Assembly: GCA_964398485.1 (NCBI GenBank)
Contig: CAYNMD010000004.1
Coordinates: 1 to 40,888 of the forward strand
Direction: 5' to 3'
DNA length: 40,888 bases
From: an uncultured Bdellovibrionales bacterium
GTDB lineage: Bacteria; Patescibacteriota; Minisyncoccia; Moranbacterales; UBA1568
The stretch's first letter is position 1, and the number at the start of each line of letters is the position of its first letter. Below the pieces are notes generated by a model. That model saw nothing but the letters and a program-made list of their open reading frames with translations. It searched no databases and had not been told where the DNA came from. Positions 25,271-34,529 of the stretch are shown here, one piece after another. A program made the position numbers and the translations under genes.

Positions 25271-27031
25271 TTATAGCCGGCGACGTTTTTCTTCTACCGT
25301 GTAAGATACAAGCGTATCACCAGCAGCAATCTTCACTGATCCCTCAAAGACTACACCACACTCATTCCCTTGACCTACCTCGTCAGCATTTTCTTTATTG
25401 CGTTGGAGGTTAGTCATGAGGCCATCGCCGATAATTTCTCCATCACGTTTTATTTCAATTCGAGACTTGCGAATCATTTTTCCACTGGCGACACGGCCAC
25501 CAACGATCATATCTCGCTTACCTGTTTTGAATATCGCTAATACGGAAAGTGTGCCATGATCAGTGCGGATGATTTCTGGAGGCAAAAGATTAGCCATCTC
25601 ATCTTTTACGGCCTCGACGAGTTTATAAATAATGTTAAAGCTTTTGATTGGTACCTTGGCGGTTTCAGCCATACGTTTGGCAACGCTAGTAGGATCAACA
25701 TTGAATCCAAAAATATGAGCCCCAGAGCTTTCTGCTAGTTTCACATCTGATTCGGTAATAGAGCCAACCCCAGTCATGATTTCATCAAGAGCTACTTCAG
25801 GATGGTTGATAGTACCAAGAATTTGCTGGATAGCTTCGAGCGACCCCTGGACATCAGCTTTAAGAATGACAGGGAAATGTTTGATGGTTTCGTCCTCCTT
25901 TTTGGCCACTCGTTTTACCTCTCCCTCTTTCAGGAGGGCCTCTTGGGATTTGAGCCTAGCGAGTGATTTCCCTGAAACGACTTGGACGACGTCGTTTACC
26001 TGAGGAACATCCCCAAAACCATACAGGGTAGCCGGGAAAGATGGGGTAACAATCTCTCGATTTTTACCAGTGAAATCTTCAAGACGTCGGACTCGACCAA
26101 AAACACTGCCAGCAATAATATCTTGACCGACTTTGAGAGTGCCGGTTTTGACAAGGATGGTAGCTACCGGACCTTTTTGTGGGTCGAGATGGGATTCGAG
26201 TACTACTGCGAGTCCATCGCGTTTGGTATCAGCCTGGAAATTCTCTACCTCGGCTACGAGGAGAATAGATTCGAGAAGTTTATCGATGTTGAGGCCACTT
26301 TTGGCACTGACCTCGACACAGATAACATCACCTCCCCATCCCTCAAAGAGAATACCGTGTTCAGCGAGTTCCTGTTTGACACGGTCTGGTCTTGCTTCTG
26401 GCTTGTCGATTTTGTTGATGGCTACGATGACTGGGAGTTTTTTCTCATTGATAAATTGGATAACCTCTTTGGTCTGAGGACGAACACCATCATCAGCAGC
26501 CACGACCAAGATAGCAATATCTGCAATCGAGACACCACGTTCACGCATTCCAGAGAAAGCTTCATGTCCTGGAGTATCAATAAAGGTGATGATCTGACCA
26601 TGTTTCTTGACCTGATAGGCACTGATTTTTTGAGTGATGCCACCAGCTTCTCCAGCAGCCACGTTAGCCTTGCGGATCGTATCGAGCAGGGTCGTCTTCC
26701 CGTGATCAACATGTCCAAGGATAGTAACAATCGGTGGGCGGGACTCGAGCGGTCGTTCGCTCTCGCTTTTTTCGTTGGCACAAATTTTGGTGAGGTCTTC
26801 GAGCGTGAGGGAGCCGGCTTTTTCCTCAGTACTTTCAGTGGCTTGAAAGCCGAGTTCGCTGGCAATGATAGAGGCAGTATCAAAATCAATTTCCTCGTTG
26901 ATAGTGGCGAGGATTTTGTTCTTCATGAGCTCGGTAATAATAGTTGCTACCGGAACATGTAGAAGCTCCGCAAACTTTTTGACAGTTACGGTTTCTGGGA
27001 GAGCAACTATTTTTTGATTCGTGTCTGACAT
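25271..27031 (-). CDS. infB: Translation initiation factor IF-2, short form (586 aa)
   Basis: G1 GHVDHGKTTLLD; G3 DTPGHEAF; G4 AINKIDK. C-terminal beta-barrel domains are present. It lacks the long N-terminal region of E. coli-type IF-2. Confidence 0.95.
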   Translation of the reverse strand: MSDTNQKIVALPETVTVKKFAELLHVPVATIITELMKNKILATINEEIDFDTASIIASELGFQATESTEEKAGSLTLEDLTKICANEKSESERPLESRPPIVTILGHVDHGKTTLLDTIRKANVAAGEAGGITQKISAYQVKKHGQIITFIDTPGHEAFSGMRERGVSIADIAILVVAADDGVRPQTKEVIQFINEKKLPVIVAINKIDKPEARPDRVKQELAEHGILFEGWGGDVICVEVSAKSGLNIDKLLESILLVAEVENFQADTKRDGLAVVLESHLDPQKGPVATILVKTGTLKVGQDIIAGSVFGRVRRLEDFTGKNREIVTPSFPATLYGFGDVPQVNDVVQVVSGKSLARLKSQEALLKEGEVKRVAKKEDETIKHFPVILKADVQGSLEAIQQILGTINHPEVALDEIMTGVGSITESDVKLAESSGAHIFGFNVDPTSVAKRMAETAKVPIKSFNIIYKLVEAVKDEMANLLPPEIIRTDHGTLSVLAIFKTGKRDMIVGGRVASGKMIRKSRIEIKRDGEIIGDGLMTNLQRNKENADEVGQGNECGVVFEGSVKIAAGDTLVSYTVEEKRRRL

Positions 27032-27050
27032 GAGATATGAGAATTAGTAA

Positions 27051-27563
27051 CTAAAGTTTTTTCTCTTGTGAAGAAAGTATAGCCTCGTGAATGACAGCCT
27101 TCTCTTCTTCCGTAAAGGGGAATCCGTCAGCGGCCCCATTCTTTACTGGTTTAGCGTAAGCGCGAGTTCCCTCACGAGTGTGGAGTGACGAGAAGACCAC
27201 CCCAGAATTTTTCCCATTGAGGAGAGCTACAGCATAACTCTGGTTCCCTCCAACTTCCTTGAAAGGATTGAAGCGCATGACAGCTGTCTTATGGAGGCTC
27301 TTGACCCCAAGCTGGTGAAGTCCATTGGAGATAGTGAAGAGTTCCTGGATTTCTTCGTCGAGCTCACGGAGAGATTCACGAGTTTCCAAAAGGACTGTCT
27401 CGAGATCCTTCCCGTCTTTCCCAGAAAGAAAGGCACTGAGGAGTCTCTGGAGTCGCTTGAGTTCGCGATGTTCATACCAGAGCACTCCTCCGATAATGAC
27501 GAATCCAAGCAGAGCAAAACTGAGAATAGCGGGGAGAACCCACGAGGATAAAGAGGCGACCAT
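27051..27563 (-). CDS. DUF4446 family membrane-anchored protein
   Basis: N-terminal TM WVLPAILSFALLGFVIIGGVLW and a coiled-coil segment. The conserved C-terminal block is RFNPFKEVGGNQSYAVALLNGKNSGVVFSSLHTREGTRAYAKPV...FTEEEKAVIHEA, which matches my memory of DUF4446. Confidence 0.65.
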   Translation of the reverse strand: MVASLSSWVLPAILSFALLGFVIIGGVLWYEHRELKRLQRLLSAFLSGKDGKDLETVLLETRESLRELDEEIQELFTISNGLHQLGVKSLHKTAVMRFNPFKEVGGNQSYAVALLNGKNSGVVFSSLHTREGTRAYAKPVKNGAADGFPFTEEEKAVIHEAILSSQEKKL

Positions 27564-27807
27564 AAGACTCTAGTGCGAAGCCTAGCATCATTTGCCTCTC
27601 TCGTAAACTGTCCAGACCACTCTTTTTTGGTAGGGGTTTTATGGAGAGTCTGGGACACTGGTAACATCGATTCCGGCATGGGGTAATCGGGACTTTCTTG
27701 ATGAGGAGTAGCGGATGATCCTCCCTGAGGAATTTTTTCAAATCCCATGTAGTTTGGTCTGTAAAAGTTGCTCAGGGTGTATACTGAGTATGAATAAAGT
27801 ATAACGT

Positions 27808-28449
27808 ATGATCAAACTTATTGGGGTGGTGCTAGTGGTAGTGCTTGCGGCGGGTGGGGTATGGTGGTGGCAAACAAAGCAATCAGAGTCAATGCCCGGA
27901 GCTGCGGTGAATGGTGATGATCAAACTCCTGAGAGTGATCCGACAGATTTATCTCTTAAGGAAACAGGTAAACAAATAATTACTTCGATTGGTGAAGCGA
28001 TGAATTTTGGTCATCAGATGCGGTGCCAATTTACAACAGGAGAAGGTGATCAGATGACTAGTTCGATGGTCTATGTTGCCGGTGAGCAATTCTGGACAAC
28101 TGCAGCCGTGGGCGGGATCAAGACGAATGCTCTCTTTGATGGTGAGAATCAGTATGTTTGGATGGAGGGAAATAAAGAGGGTATGAAGTTCAGTAAGGCT
28201 TGTCTTGAGAGTTTCCGCGGAAAACCAACAGATGCTTCTATCAAGGATTATCGGAATGAGTTTGATCTGGCTCAGAATGTCCAGTGTGAACCAGTGGAGA
28301 TGAGGCCGATAAGTATGTCAGTTCCACAGGACGTTATTTTTACTGATCAGTGCGCCATGTTGCAGGAGTCGCTCAAGATGATGGAAGAGATGAAGGAGAA
28401 GCTTCCTGCTGGAATGGAAATACCAACGATGCCTCAGATGGCCCAATAG
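27808..28449 (+). CDS. Hypothetical membrane-anchored/secreted protein
   Basis: N-terminal TM MIKLIGVVLVVVLAAGGVWWW and a 213-aa ORF followed by a strong terminator. No family recognised. Confidence 0.6.
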   Translation: MIKLIGVVLVVVLAAGGVWWWQTKQSESMPGAAVNGDDQTPESDPTDLSLKETGKQIITSIGEAMNFGHQMRCQFTTGEGDQMTSSMVYVAGEQFWTTAAVGGIKTNALFDGENQYVWMEGNKEGMKFSKACLESFRGKPTDASIKDYRNEFDLAQNVQCEPVEMRPISMSVPQDVIFTDQCAMLQESLKMMEEMKEKLPAGMEIPTMPQMAQ

Positions 28450-28473
28450 GGTAAGTAAGAGGGTGATGTGAGA

Positions 28474-28513
28474 AAACAAAAGAGACCTTCATAAGCGAAG
28501 GTCTCTTTTGTTT
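28474..28513. terminator. Bidirectional rho-independent terminator between convergent genes
   Basis: Perfect 17-bp stem: AAACAAAAGAGACCTTC (28474-28490) pairs with GAAGGTCTCTTTTGTTT (28497-28513) around the loop ATAAGC. The A/T runs inside the arms serve either strand. Confidence 0.85.
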
Positions 28514-28528
28514 CACAAGTAGGCATCC

Positions 28529-30451
28529 CTAGAATGGGTCAGCTAGAAGGGACTTTAACAGCTTGGAGAGAGGAATAGAGGCAACCCCGATGACTTTGTC
28601 AGCCCCTCCATAGTAGGTAATGAGGGTATTGTCTCGGACAACGGCTCCACAGGGAAAAACAACATTCGGGACGACGCCGACTTTTTCGAATTCTTTTTCT
28701 GGCTCAAAAAGAGGGTGAAGGCTGCGGCCGATCACTTTTTCGGGATGCTCCAGGTCAAGGAGGATAGCACCGACACGGTACTGGCTATCATGTTCGGATA
28801 CTCCATGATAGAGAATCAGCCAGCCTGATCGGGTTTTGATAGGAGCAGTATTGATACCAATTTTTTTGCTGTCCCAGAATCCTGGGCGAGGAAAAATAAA
28901 GGGATTGTGAACCAGCCAAGTAGTTGCTCCATCAAAATTGAGTGACGAAACAAAGTTAATATCAATGGATGGTTGGATACGATGGAGGATAACGTATTGG
29001 TCATTAATTTTTTCTGGGAAGAGGCAGGCATCTTTATCGTCTATTCCGGGAGGAGAGATGAGGACTGGCTCGCTAAAGCGATCAAAGCGGTAAGCAAGGA
29101 AATCGCGTACAGCAATAGTGGAGAGAGCCACCCTTGGGGGGTTGATGGTATCGACAGCGGTATACAGCATGTAGTACGTATCGTCGAAGCGAGTAAGGCG
29201 CGGATCTTCACAACCAGAGTTGCCACCAGACTGTTTTATTTCAAATGGTGCTCGTGGTACATAAACTGGATTAGGGAGTCTTCTGGTGATACGGAAAGCA
29301 TTGTGACTTTCGGCATAACCGAGAACAGAAGTGTCATCATCTCCCATCGCTCGATACAAAATACGTACAGTCCCATCTTCATCAATGGCAGCTGGGTTAA
29401 ACACAGCTTTCTTCTCCCAGTTATGATCAGCAACTGGTTCAAGAATAGGTTTTTTCCCATGTCGTTTGAGCTTGGCTCTTGATGCTGGTTTGGCGAGGAT
29501 TTCTTTGAGTAACATTTTGAGACTGCCAGTAGCGACACAGGTGGTGGTATCGGCGGCACCATAGTAAACCGAGAGGGTATCACCACGGAGAGTGAGACCG
29601 GTGGGGAAAACAATATTTTTGACTTTGCCATAGCGCTCGTATTCTTCTTCTGGGGTAAGGAGCGGCATGGTGGTTCGACCGAGCACTTTGCGAGGATTTT
29701 TGAGATCAAGGAGAAGAGCTTCGAGGGTGAAGAGAGGGTTATCGGTAAGATAATTTTGAATATACGAATAGACAAGGAGCCAACCTTTTTTTGTTTTGAT
29801 AGGTGGTGTACCGATTTCGATATGATCTTTTTCTTCTCGCTGTAGTTCAAAGCTATGTTTTTCCAAGTTTTGATACCAGGTTAGCCAGCGTTCTTTGTCC
29901 CACATTTCCTCGACATGGTCAAAAGTAGCGAGAGCGATAGTTGCTGGTGGTTGATCGGTGTTTACGGAAAGGAGCGTCCAAATCTTTCCATTGATACGCT
30001 CGGGAAACATGGTCATCGCCTTGGCATTGAATGGAGTAAGGTGATGCTTTTCAAACCTCTTGAAATCTTTGGTGACGCCTAGCCCAACCGTGATGCCTTC
30101 AGCACGAAAGGGGAATTCAGAAAGGGCCGTATAGAACACGTAATACTGATCTTCGAATTTGGTCACTCTTGGATCCTCGCAGCCGTAGCGTTCCCAGTGT
30201 TCCTCGGGTTCAAAAGCAATACGGTGTTTTTTGAAATGAATACCGTCGCTGCTCTCCACATGGCCAATAGAAGAAAGAGAAAGCCAGGGCCCATCTTCAT
30301 GGAGGAGTGGAAGTGATTGGGCACGATAAAAAAGATGAGTCTTCCCCTTTTCGCGAAGGGCTGATCCGTTGAAAGCTCCTTCAGCTTCCCAGGGAAGATC
30401 ACTCTCTGGCACGAGGATAGGATTTTCAAACGATCGCTTAAGAAAGGGCAT
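28529..30451 (-). CDS. Tandem double GH130-like (COG2152 'glycosidase-related', beta-mannoside phosphorylase/hydrolase family) protein
   Basis: Two consecutive five-bladed-propeller-type modules. Each has the pattern NPIL.P....WE....FN.(A/S)....G....LYRA...S.(I/L)G.A.S.DG...., CEDPR(V/L)T.F.D.YY..YTA, FPE(K/R)IN, P(P)IKT..GWL..Y(H/S), LLDL..P.KV(I/L)GR and YYG(G/A)AD. ATG 30451 (MPFLKRSFENPIL) is chosen because the listed start 30619 would overlap the upstream gene. Confidence 0.8.
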   Translation of the reverse strand: MPFLKRSFENPILVPESDLPWEAEGAFNGSALREKGKTHLFYRAQSLPLLHEDGPWLSLSSIGHVESSDGIHFKKHRIAFEPEEHWERYGCEDPRVTKFEDQYYVFYTALSEFPFRAEGITVGLGVTKDFKRFEKHHLTPFNAKAMTMFPERINGKIWTLLSVNTDQPPATIALATFDHVEEMWDKERWLTWYQNLEKHSFELQREEKDHIEIGTPPIKTKKGWLLVYSYIQNYLTDNPLFTLEALLLDLKNPRKVLGRTTMPLLTPEEEYERYGKVKNIVFPTGLTLRGDTLSVYYGAADTTTCVATGSLKMLLKEILAKPASRAKLKRHGKKPILEPVADHNWEKKAVFNPAAIDEDGTVRILYRAMGDDDTSVLGYAESHNAFRITRRLPNPVYVPRAPFEIKQSGGNSGCEDPRLTRFDDTYYMLYTAVDTINPPRVALSTIAVRDFLAYRFDRFSEPVLISPPGIDDKDACLFPEKINDQYVILHRIQPSIDINFVSSLNFDGATTWLVHNPFIFPRPGFWDSKKIGINTAPIKTRSGWLILYHGVSEHDSQYRVGAILLDLEHPEKVIGRSLHPLFEPEKEFEKVGVVPNVVFPCGAVVRDNTLITYYGGADKVIGVASIPLSKLLKSLLADPF

Positions 30452-30461
30452 AGGGTAAAGT

Positions 30462-32342
30462 TTAGGAGCGTTTACGGATGTGCATTTTTTGGAGGGTAGG
30501 GGATTTTTCTTTGAGGAGGTCTTTGAGGAAGGTGTCGATATTGGCTGTTGCCACGGCACAGCTTCGATCAGAGGCACCGTAGTACACAAAAAGAGTTTTG
30601 TCTTTAATAACAGCACCACAGACGTACACTACGCCACGTTTGTGGCCACTATTTTCATAGTCTGTATCTGGTTCGAGTACTGGCTCGAGCGCTCGGCAGA
30701 GAATTTTTTCGGGCTGCTTTTTATCGAGGAGCATAACTCCCACTTTGTACTTGCCAGGGTCACGCATGTCCATGCCGTGATAGAAAACAAGCCAGCCATA
30801 TTTTGTTGGGATAGGTGGAGCACCAGCTCCGCGGACAATATTGTCCCAGGCAGCCAATCTTTCGGAATCAATATATCCACGACCACCATGAGAAGAAAGA
30901 CTTTCGATGAAGTGACTCTTCCCAAGCTGATCAAGACTGTCGAGGTATTCGATTTTTATTTCTGGTGTCAGACCATGGAGGATAGCAAACTTCCCATGGA
31001 TTTTTTCAGGGAAGAGTACCCAATTTTTTTGAATCTGCCCCGGCCTTGAGATGAGTCTTGGCTTACTCCAGCGCCATCTCTTTTTGAGGAAGTTCTCTTT
31101 GGAGATAGAGCTGAGGGCGACACCTGGCGGCTGACTGCCATCAAAGGCAACATAGATGAGATAGAGCGTACCATTGATTTCAACAATGCGAGGATCTTCG
31201 CAGCCACCGGTACCGCCACCAGAAGCGAGAGTATACATTTTTGAATAGACATCTCTAGGGGATGTGGGTACAAAGATAGGTTCTGGCGAGCGTTCATCAA
31301 TGCGAATCCCGTCACTACTACCAGCATAACCGAGTACTGACTGTCCGTTGTAGCCCTGAGCCCGATAGAGGAGATGGATTTTGCCATCAAGAGCGATAGC
31401 TGCTGGATTGAATGAGGCAAAGGCTTCCCAAGCGTATTCACTGCGTGGCTCGAGAATAGGATTCTCTGGAACCTTTTCGAGGGAGATTTTTATACCTCGT
31501 TGACGTTTGGGAAGGACGACGGGGACAGAGATAGTTTTGAGACGGGGAGCATTCCAGTACTGAGCTACGGGAAAATACTCTATCCCGCGTTCAGCTGACT
31601 CGATATAGAGCCAGAAATACTTGCCTTGGGGAAACCCTCCGAGGATACGAATATTGGTAAGCTTGAGTCTCTGATCCAGAGTCCAGAGTGGAAAGGAGCT
31701 CCGCCAGATAATCTCTGTGGGATCCTCAAGAGAGAAAAGAGCTGCGCCGAGTGAAATTTTTTTCTTGTCATCTTCGGCACGATAGACGAGTAGGACAGCG
31801 TCTTTGAGTGTCTCTGTGTAGAGAGGGACAATGCGAGCACTTTCAAAACTTTTCGGTCTGGTACGGAGGACGACAGGTCCCGAACGAAAATGAGAAAGAT
31901 CAGTAGAGGAGGTAGCCTGGAAGACGGTTTTGCCGGTTTTTGTAGAGAAGGCAAGATAAGAAGTTTTTCTCCCTCGCTTAGCAGGAATTTTGGCTGTGAC
32001 AGTAGGGCCAGTGAGTATAGAAGATTGGGCAGTTACTTTCCAAGTTTGTTTCCCTGAAAAGCGAAGGAATGAGCCTGATTTTCCTGCCTCACTGAGGAAG
32101 AGTTCGCTAGGAACTCCGTTTCCATTGGCAAAGAGGAGAGCATTTTTAGCGAGATTCGTTTTTGAACCATTGGACTTAAGGAAACTGATGAGCTCAATTT
32201 TTTTGGCAAAAGCCCGGCCATCTTTACTCGTGGCTCGGTAAAAGCTGGTGTCGGTCGATGCTTCTGGTCTCCAAAACAAAAAAACTTCGTTTTGATGACG
32301 GGTAACGATAAGACCTTGTTGACGCTGAAAAGAAGAGGGCAT
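30462..32342 (-). CDS. GH130-like protein with a divergent N-terminal propeller-like module (~290 aa) fused to a canonical GH130 module
   Basis: C-terminal half: ENPILEPRSEYAWEAFASFNPAAIALDGKIHLLYRAQG...GGCEDPRIVEINGTLYLIYVAF...FPEKIHGKF...PPIPTKYGWLVFYHGMD...YKVGVMLLDKKQPEKIL...FVYYGASD. It is clearly paralogous to module 2 of the downstream gene. The N-terminal half keeps only echoes of the pattern (FYRATSKDGRAF, LLVYRAEDDKKKISLGAALFSLEDPTEIIWRS). Confidence 0.8.
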   Translation of the reverse strand: MPSSFQRQQGLIVTRHQNEVFLFWRPEASTDTSFYRATSKDGRAFAKKIELISFLKSNGSKTNLAKNALLFANGNGVPSELFLSEAGKSGSFLRFSGKQTWKVTAQSSILTGPTVTAKIPAKRGRKTSYLAFSTKTGKTVFQATSSTDLSHFRSGPVVLRTRPKSFESARIVPLYTETLKDAVLLVYRAEDDKKKISLGAALFSLEDPTEIIWRSSFPLWTLDQRLKLTNIRILGGFPQGKYFWLYIESAERGIEYFPVAQYWNAPRLKTISVPVVLPKRQRGIKISLEKVPENPILEPRSEYAWEAFASFNPAAIALDGKIHLLYRAQGYNGQSVLGYAGSSDGIRIDERSPEPIFVPTSPRDVYSKMYTLASGGGTGGCEDPRIVEINGTLYLIYVAFDGSQPPGVALSSISKENFLKKRWRWSKPRLISRPGQIQKNWVLFPEKIHGKFAILHGLTPEIKIEYLDSLDQLGKSHFIESLSSHGGRGYIDSERLAAWDNIVRGAGAPPIPTKYGWLVFYHGMDMRDPGKYKVGVMLLDKKQPEKILCRALEPVLEPDTDYENSGHKRGVVYVCGAVIKDKTLFVYYGASDRSCAVATANIDTFLKDLLKEKSPTLQKMHIRKRS

Positions 32343-32403
32343 TTGTTTTAATATTCCTCTTCATTTTATCACTAATCTCTTGAGAAAGGGAGATATTTTT
32401 CTG

Positions 32404-32490
32404 CGGTGAGAGAGGGATTCGAACCCTCGGTACGGTTGCCCGTACGCTTGCTTTCCAAGCAAGTACCTTAAACCGCTCGGCCATCTCACC
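32404..32490 (-). tRNA. tRNA-Ser (anticodon GGA), class II, no encoded CCA
   Basis: Reverse complement reads GGTGAGA TG GCCGAGCGGTTTAAGG ... CTTGC TTGGAAA GCAAG ... long variable arm GTACGGGCAACCGTAC ... GAGGGTTCGAATCCCTC TCTCACC G. The 3' flank is CAG. Confidence 0.9.
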
Positions 32491-32568
32491 AAACAGCAGC
32501 TTCTTTCTTGTACCGTAAAATGGTTTTCTCTTCAAGTCTCTTTAGTGTACAATGGAAAAAAAGATCAT

Positions 32569-33114
32569 ATGAATGTACCAAAAGGACTTGCGTTTGTTGA
32601 TCCAAAACAGGTAATACGACAGCTTTCAGTAGGGGCGGGTGATACGGTGGCAGATTTTGGTGCCGGCTCTGGTTATTTTTCTTTTGAATTTGCTCAAGCA
32701 GTCGGAACCGAAGGGACGGTGTATGCTCTCGACGTGCTTCCCAGTGCTCTTGAGGCAATAACAAGTCGTGCCAAGACGCTCGGTCTCTCTAATGTGGTGC
32801 CACAGCGAGTGAATCTTGAAAGACCGAATGGGTCAGGATTGGGATCCAACAGTATTGATTGGGTAATCGTGAAAGATGTGCTCATGCAAAATCAGGATAA
32901 GGCTACTATTTTGCGTGAGGTAGTGCGTGTATTAAAACCAGATGGGCGGGCGATTATTATTGAGTGGCATCCCAATGAAGAGACAGTTGGCCCTGATCGA
33001 GAGACTCGTATTGCTCCAGAACAACTAAAAAACTGGCTCAGAGAAACAGGACTTGAAGTAGTGGAAGAGCCTCGAGTGGGAGGGTTTCACTATGCTTTTA
33101 TTGTTAAAAAATGA
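32569..33114 (+). CDS. Class I SAM-dependent methyltransferase
   Basis: Motif I VADFGAGSGYFSFEFA, post-I acidic VYALDV, and LKPDGRAIIIEW. Alternative GTG start at 32545. A TACAAT box lies at 32548-32553. Confidence 0.8.
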   Translation: MNVPKGLAFVDPKQVIRQLSVGAGDTVADFGAGSGYFSFEFAQAVGTEGTVYALDVLPSALEAITSRAKTLGLSNVVPQRVNLERPNGSGLGSNSIDWVIVKDVLMQNQDKATILREVVRVLKPDGRAIIIEWHPNEETVGPDRETRIAPEQLKNWLRETGLEVVEEPRVGGFHYAFIVKK

Positions 33115-34496
33115 TGAGATTTATGCGGTGGCCAGCTTTCTTTTCTCGACTTTTTCTCGGAGCAGCCCTGCTCATTCTTTCGGGTTGTGGTGACTCTGAG
33201 GTTATCCCGTACGGAGTAAAACTCGAGGTCTGGGGGGTATTCGACGACTCAGATGCTCTTCAAGAAGCCTTTACTGGATACAAACAGGCTAATCCGTATG
33301 TAAAAGAGATCAGTTATCGGAAGATGAATCCAGAGACCTATCGGGCAGATCTTCTGGATGCGCTCGCTTCAGGAAAAGGACCAGACATTTTCATGGTCCA
33401 GAATACGTGGCGAGATGGTTTTGCCGACAAGATTGTTCCAGCCCCTTCTCTCTTTGTGACAGAGAAAAAATTTCGAGAGACGTTTGTTGATGTGGTTGCA
33501 GATGATTTTCTTGGTGCTCAAGGTGAAGTGTACGCCGCTCCGCTTTCGGTTGACTCGCTAGCCCTCTATTACAACAAGGATATTTTCAATGCTGCTGGTA
33601 TTGCCGAGCCACCAAAGACTTGGGAGGACCTGCTTGCTTTGGTAAAAAAGCTGACGGAAATAGATCAGTATGGCAATATCAATCGTTCGGCTATCGCTAT
33701 GGGAACTGGTGATAATGTGAATCGCTCTGTTGATCTCTTGCTTTTGCTAATGCTTCAAATGGGAGTAGATATTCGAGATGAAAATTTTGCCACTGATGCT
33801 CAGGCGCGTAAGGCCTTCGAGTTCTATTCTCAGTTTGCTCGCCTCAATTCTCCCTTTTATACCTGGAGTCCCAGAGAGCACTACTCTATAGATGCTTTTT
33901 ATGAGGGGACATTGGGGATGACAATTAATTATTCGTATCATTACGAGACGTTCCGGCAAAAAAATGCCAAGCTCAATTTTGCGGTGGCACCACTGCCACA
34001 ACTGGCTGGTGAAAATCCTGTGAACTTCGCAAATTATTGGGGGTTTGCAGTGGCCAAGAATAAATTACAACCGACTGATCCGACAGGGCAGAACGCTCTT
34101 GATCCAAATCAATATCAGACCGTTCGGACACATGAATCATGGCAACTTATTCATTATCTTACGTTCCCTCATCCCAATAACCAGCTCACCTTGTATAACG
34201 CCCTTTCGCTTACCTCTGGAGAGGCAGTGCTCAAGAATGATCCTGCTGTAAAATACTTGGAGAAAACCAAGCGGCCTGCTGCGAGACGAGATTTGATTGG
34301 AACACAACAAGATAACATTGCGCTTGCCCCGTTTGCTCAGGGAAACCTCATTGCCAAAAGCTGGAAAGCTGGAGTCAACGCCGTAGCAGCAGAGTCGCTT
34401 CTGGTAGATGCGATAAATGCGGTGAATCGTGGAGAACGCACCGTTGTGGAGGCGCTCTCCGTATTTAGCTCGCGGCTCAGTCAATTTCGTCAATAA
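33111..34496 (+). CDS. ABC-transporter-type extracellular solute-binding lipoprotein (family 1, sugar type), with no cognate permease or ATPase nearby
   Basis: Lipobox LLILSGC|GD. Typical SBP_bac_1 blocks: LASGKGPDIFMVQNTW, APLSVDSLALYYNKDIFNAAGI, PKTWEDLLALVKKL. The start overlaps the methyltransferase stop (ATGA at 33111-33114). Confidence 0.75.
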   Translation: MMRFMRWPAFFSRLFLGAALLILSGCGDSEVIPYGVKLEVWGVFDDSDALQEAFTGYKQANPYVKEISYRKMNPETYRADLLDALASGKGPDIFMVQNTWRDGFADKIVPAPSLFVTEKKFRETFVDVVADDFLGAQGEVYAAPLSVDSLALYYNKDIFNAAGIAEPPKTWEDLLALVKKLTEIDQYGNINRSAIAMGTGDNVNRSVDLLLLLMLQMGVDIRDENFATDAQARKAFEFYSQFARLNSPFYTWSPREHYSIDAFYEGTLGMTINYSYHYETFRQKNAKLNFAVAPLPQLAGENPVNFANYWGFAVAKNKLQPTDPTGQNALDPNQYQTVRTHESWQLIHYLTFPHPNNQLTLYNALSLTSGEAVLKNDPAVKYLEKTKRPAARRDLIGTQQDNIALAPFAQGNLIAKSWKAGVNAVAAESLLVDAINAVNRGERTVVEALSVFSSRLSQFRQ

Positions 34497-34529
34497 AACG
34501 TCATTATCAAAATAAAAAGGAAGTAACGT

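Noticed and set aside
25982-26962. 326-aa plus-strand ORF, plus smaller ORFs at 26133-26477 and 26422-26889.
   Set aside because: It lies entirely antisense or out of frame within infB, whose product has unmistakable IF-2 GTPase motifs. The shadow ORF product is low-complexity with no recognisable motifs.
27608-27660. An imperfect hairpin in the divergent intergenic region, considered as a possible sRNA or riboswitch. CTGTCCAGAC pairs with GTCTGGGACA with a bulge and a ~30-nt loop.
   Set aside because: There are only 6+3 bp with bulges, no flanking terminator, and no match to any RNA family motif I know (SRP, 6S, tmRNA, RNase P, common riboswitches). It is most likely promoter or operator DNA for the divergent genes.
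27227-27748. 173-aa minus-strand ORF running from the 244-nt intergenic region into the DUF4446 gene. I considered a frameshifted longer DUF4446 or a separate small gene.
   Set aside because: DUF4446 proteins start with the TM helix exactly as ATG 27563 does. The alternative frame overlaps it out of frame and encodes Ser/Pro-rich sequence with no motif.
30452-30619. 56-codon N-terminal extension of the double GH130 gene (listed start 30619). A similar GTG-start extension of the 985-aa gene spans 20070-20123.
   Set aside because: Both extensions overlap the end of the preceding gene in another frame and encode non-homologous sequence. The chosen ATGs (30451 and 20124) begin right after the upstream stops, and the family-typical sequence (FENPIL..) starts just after ATG 30451.
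32224-32535. 103-aa minus-strand ORF spanning the tRNA-Ser locus.
   Set aside because: It reads straight through a well-folding tRNA-Ser(GGA) and into the start of the GH130 gene, so it is not credible as coding.
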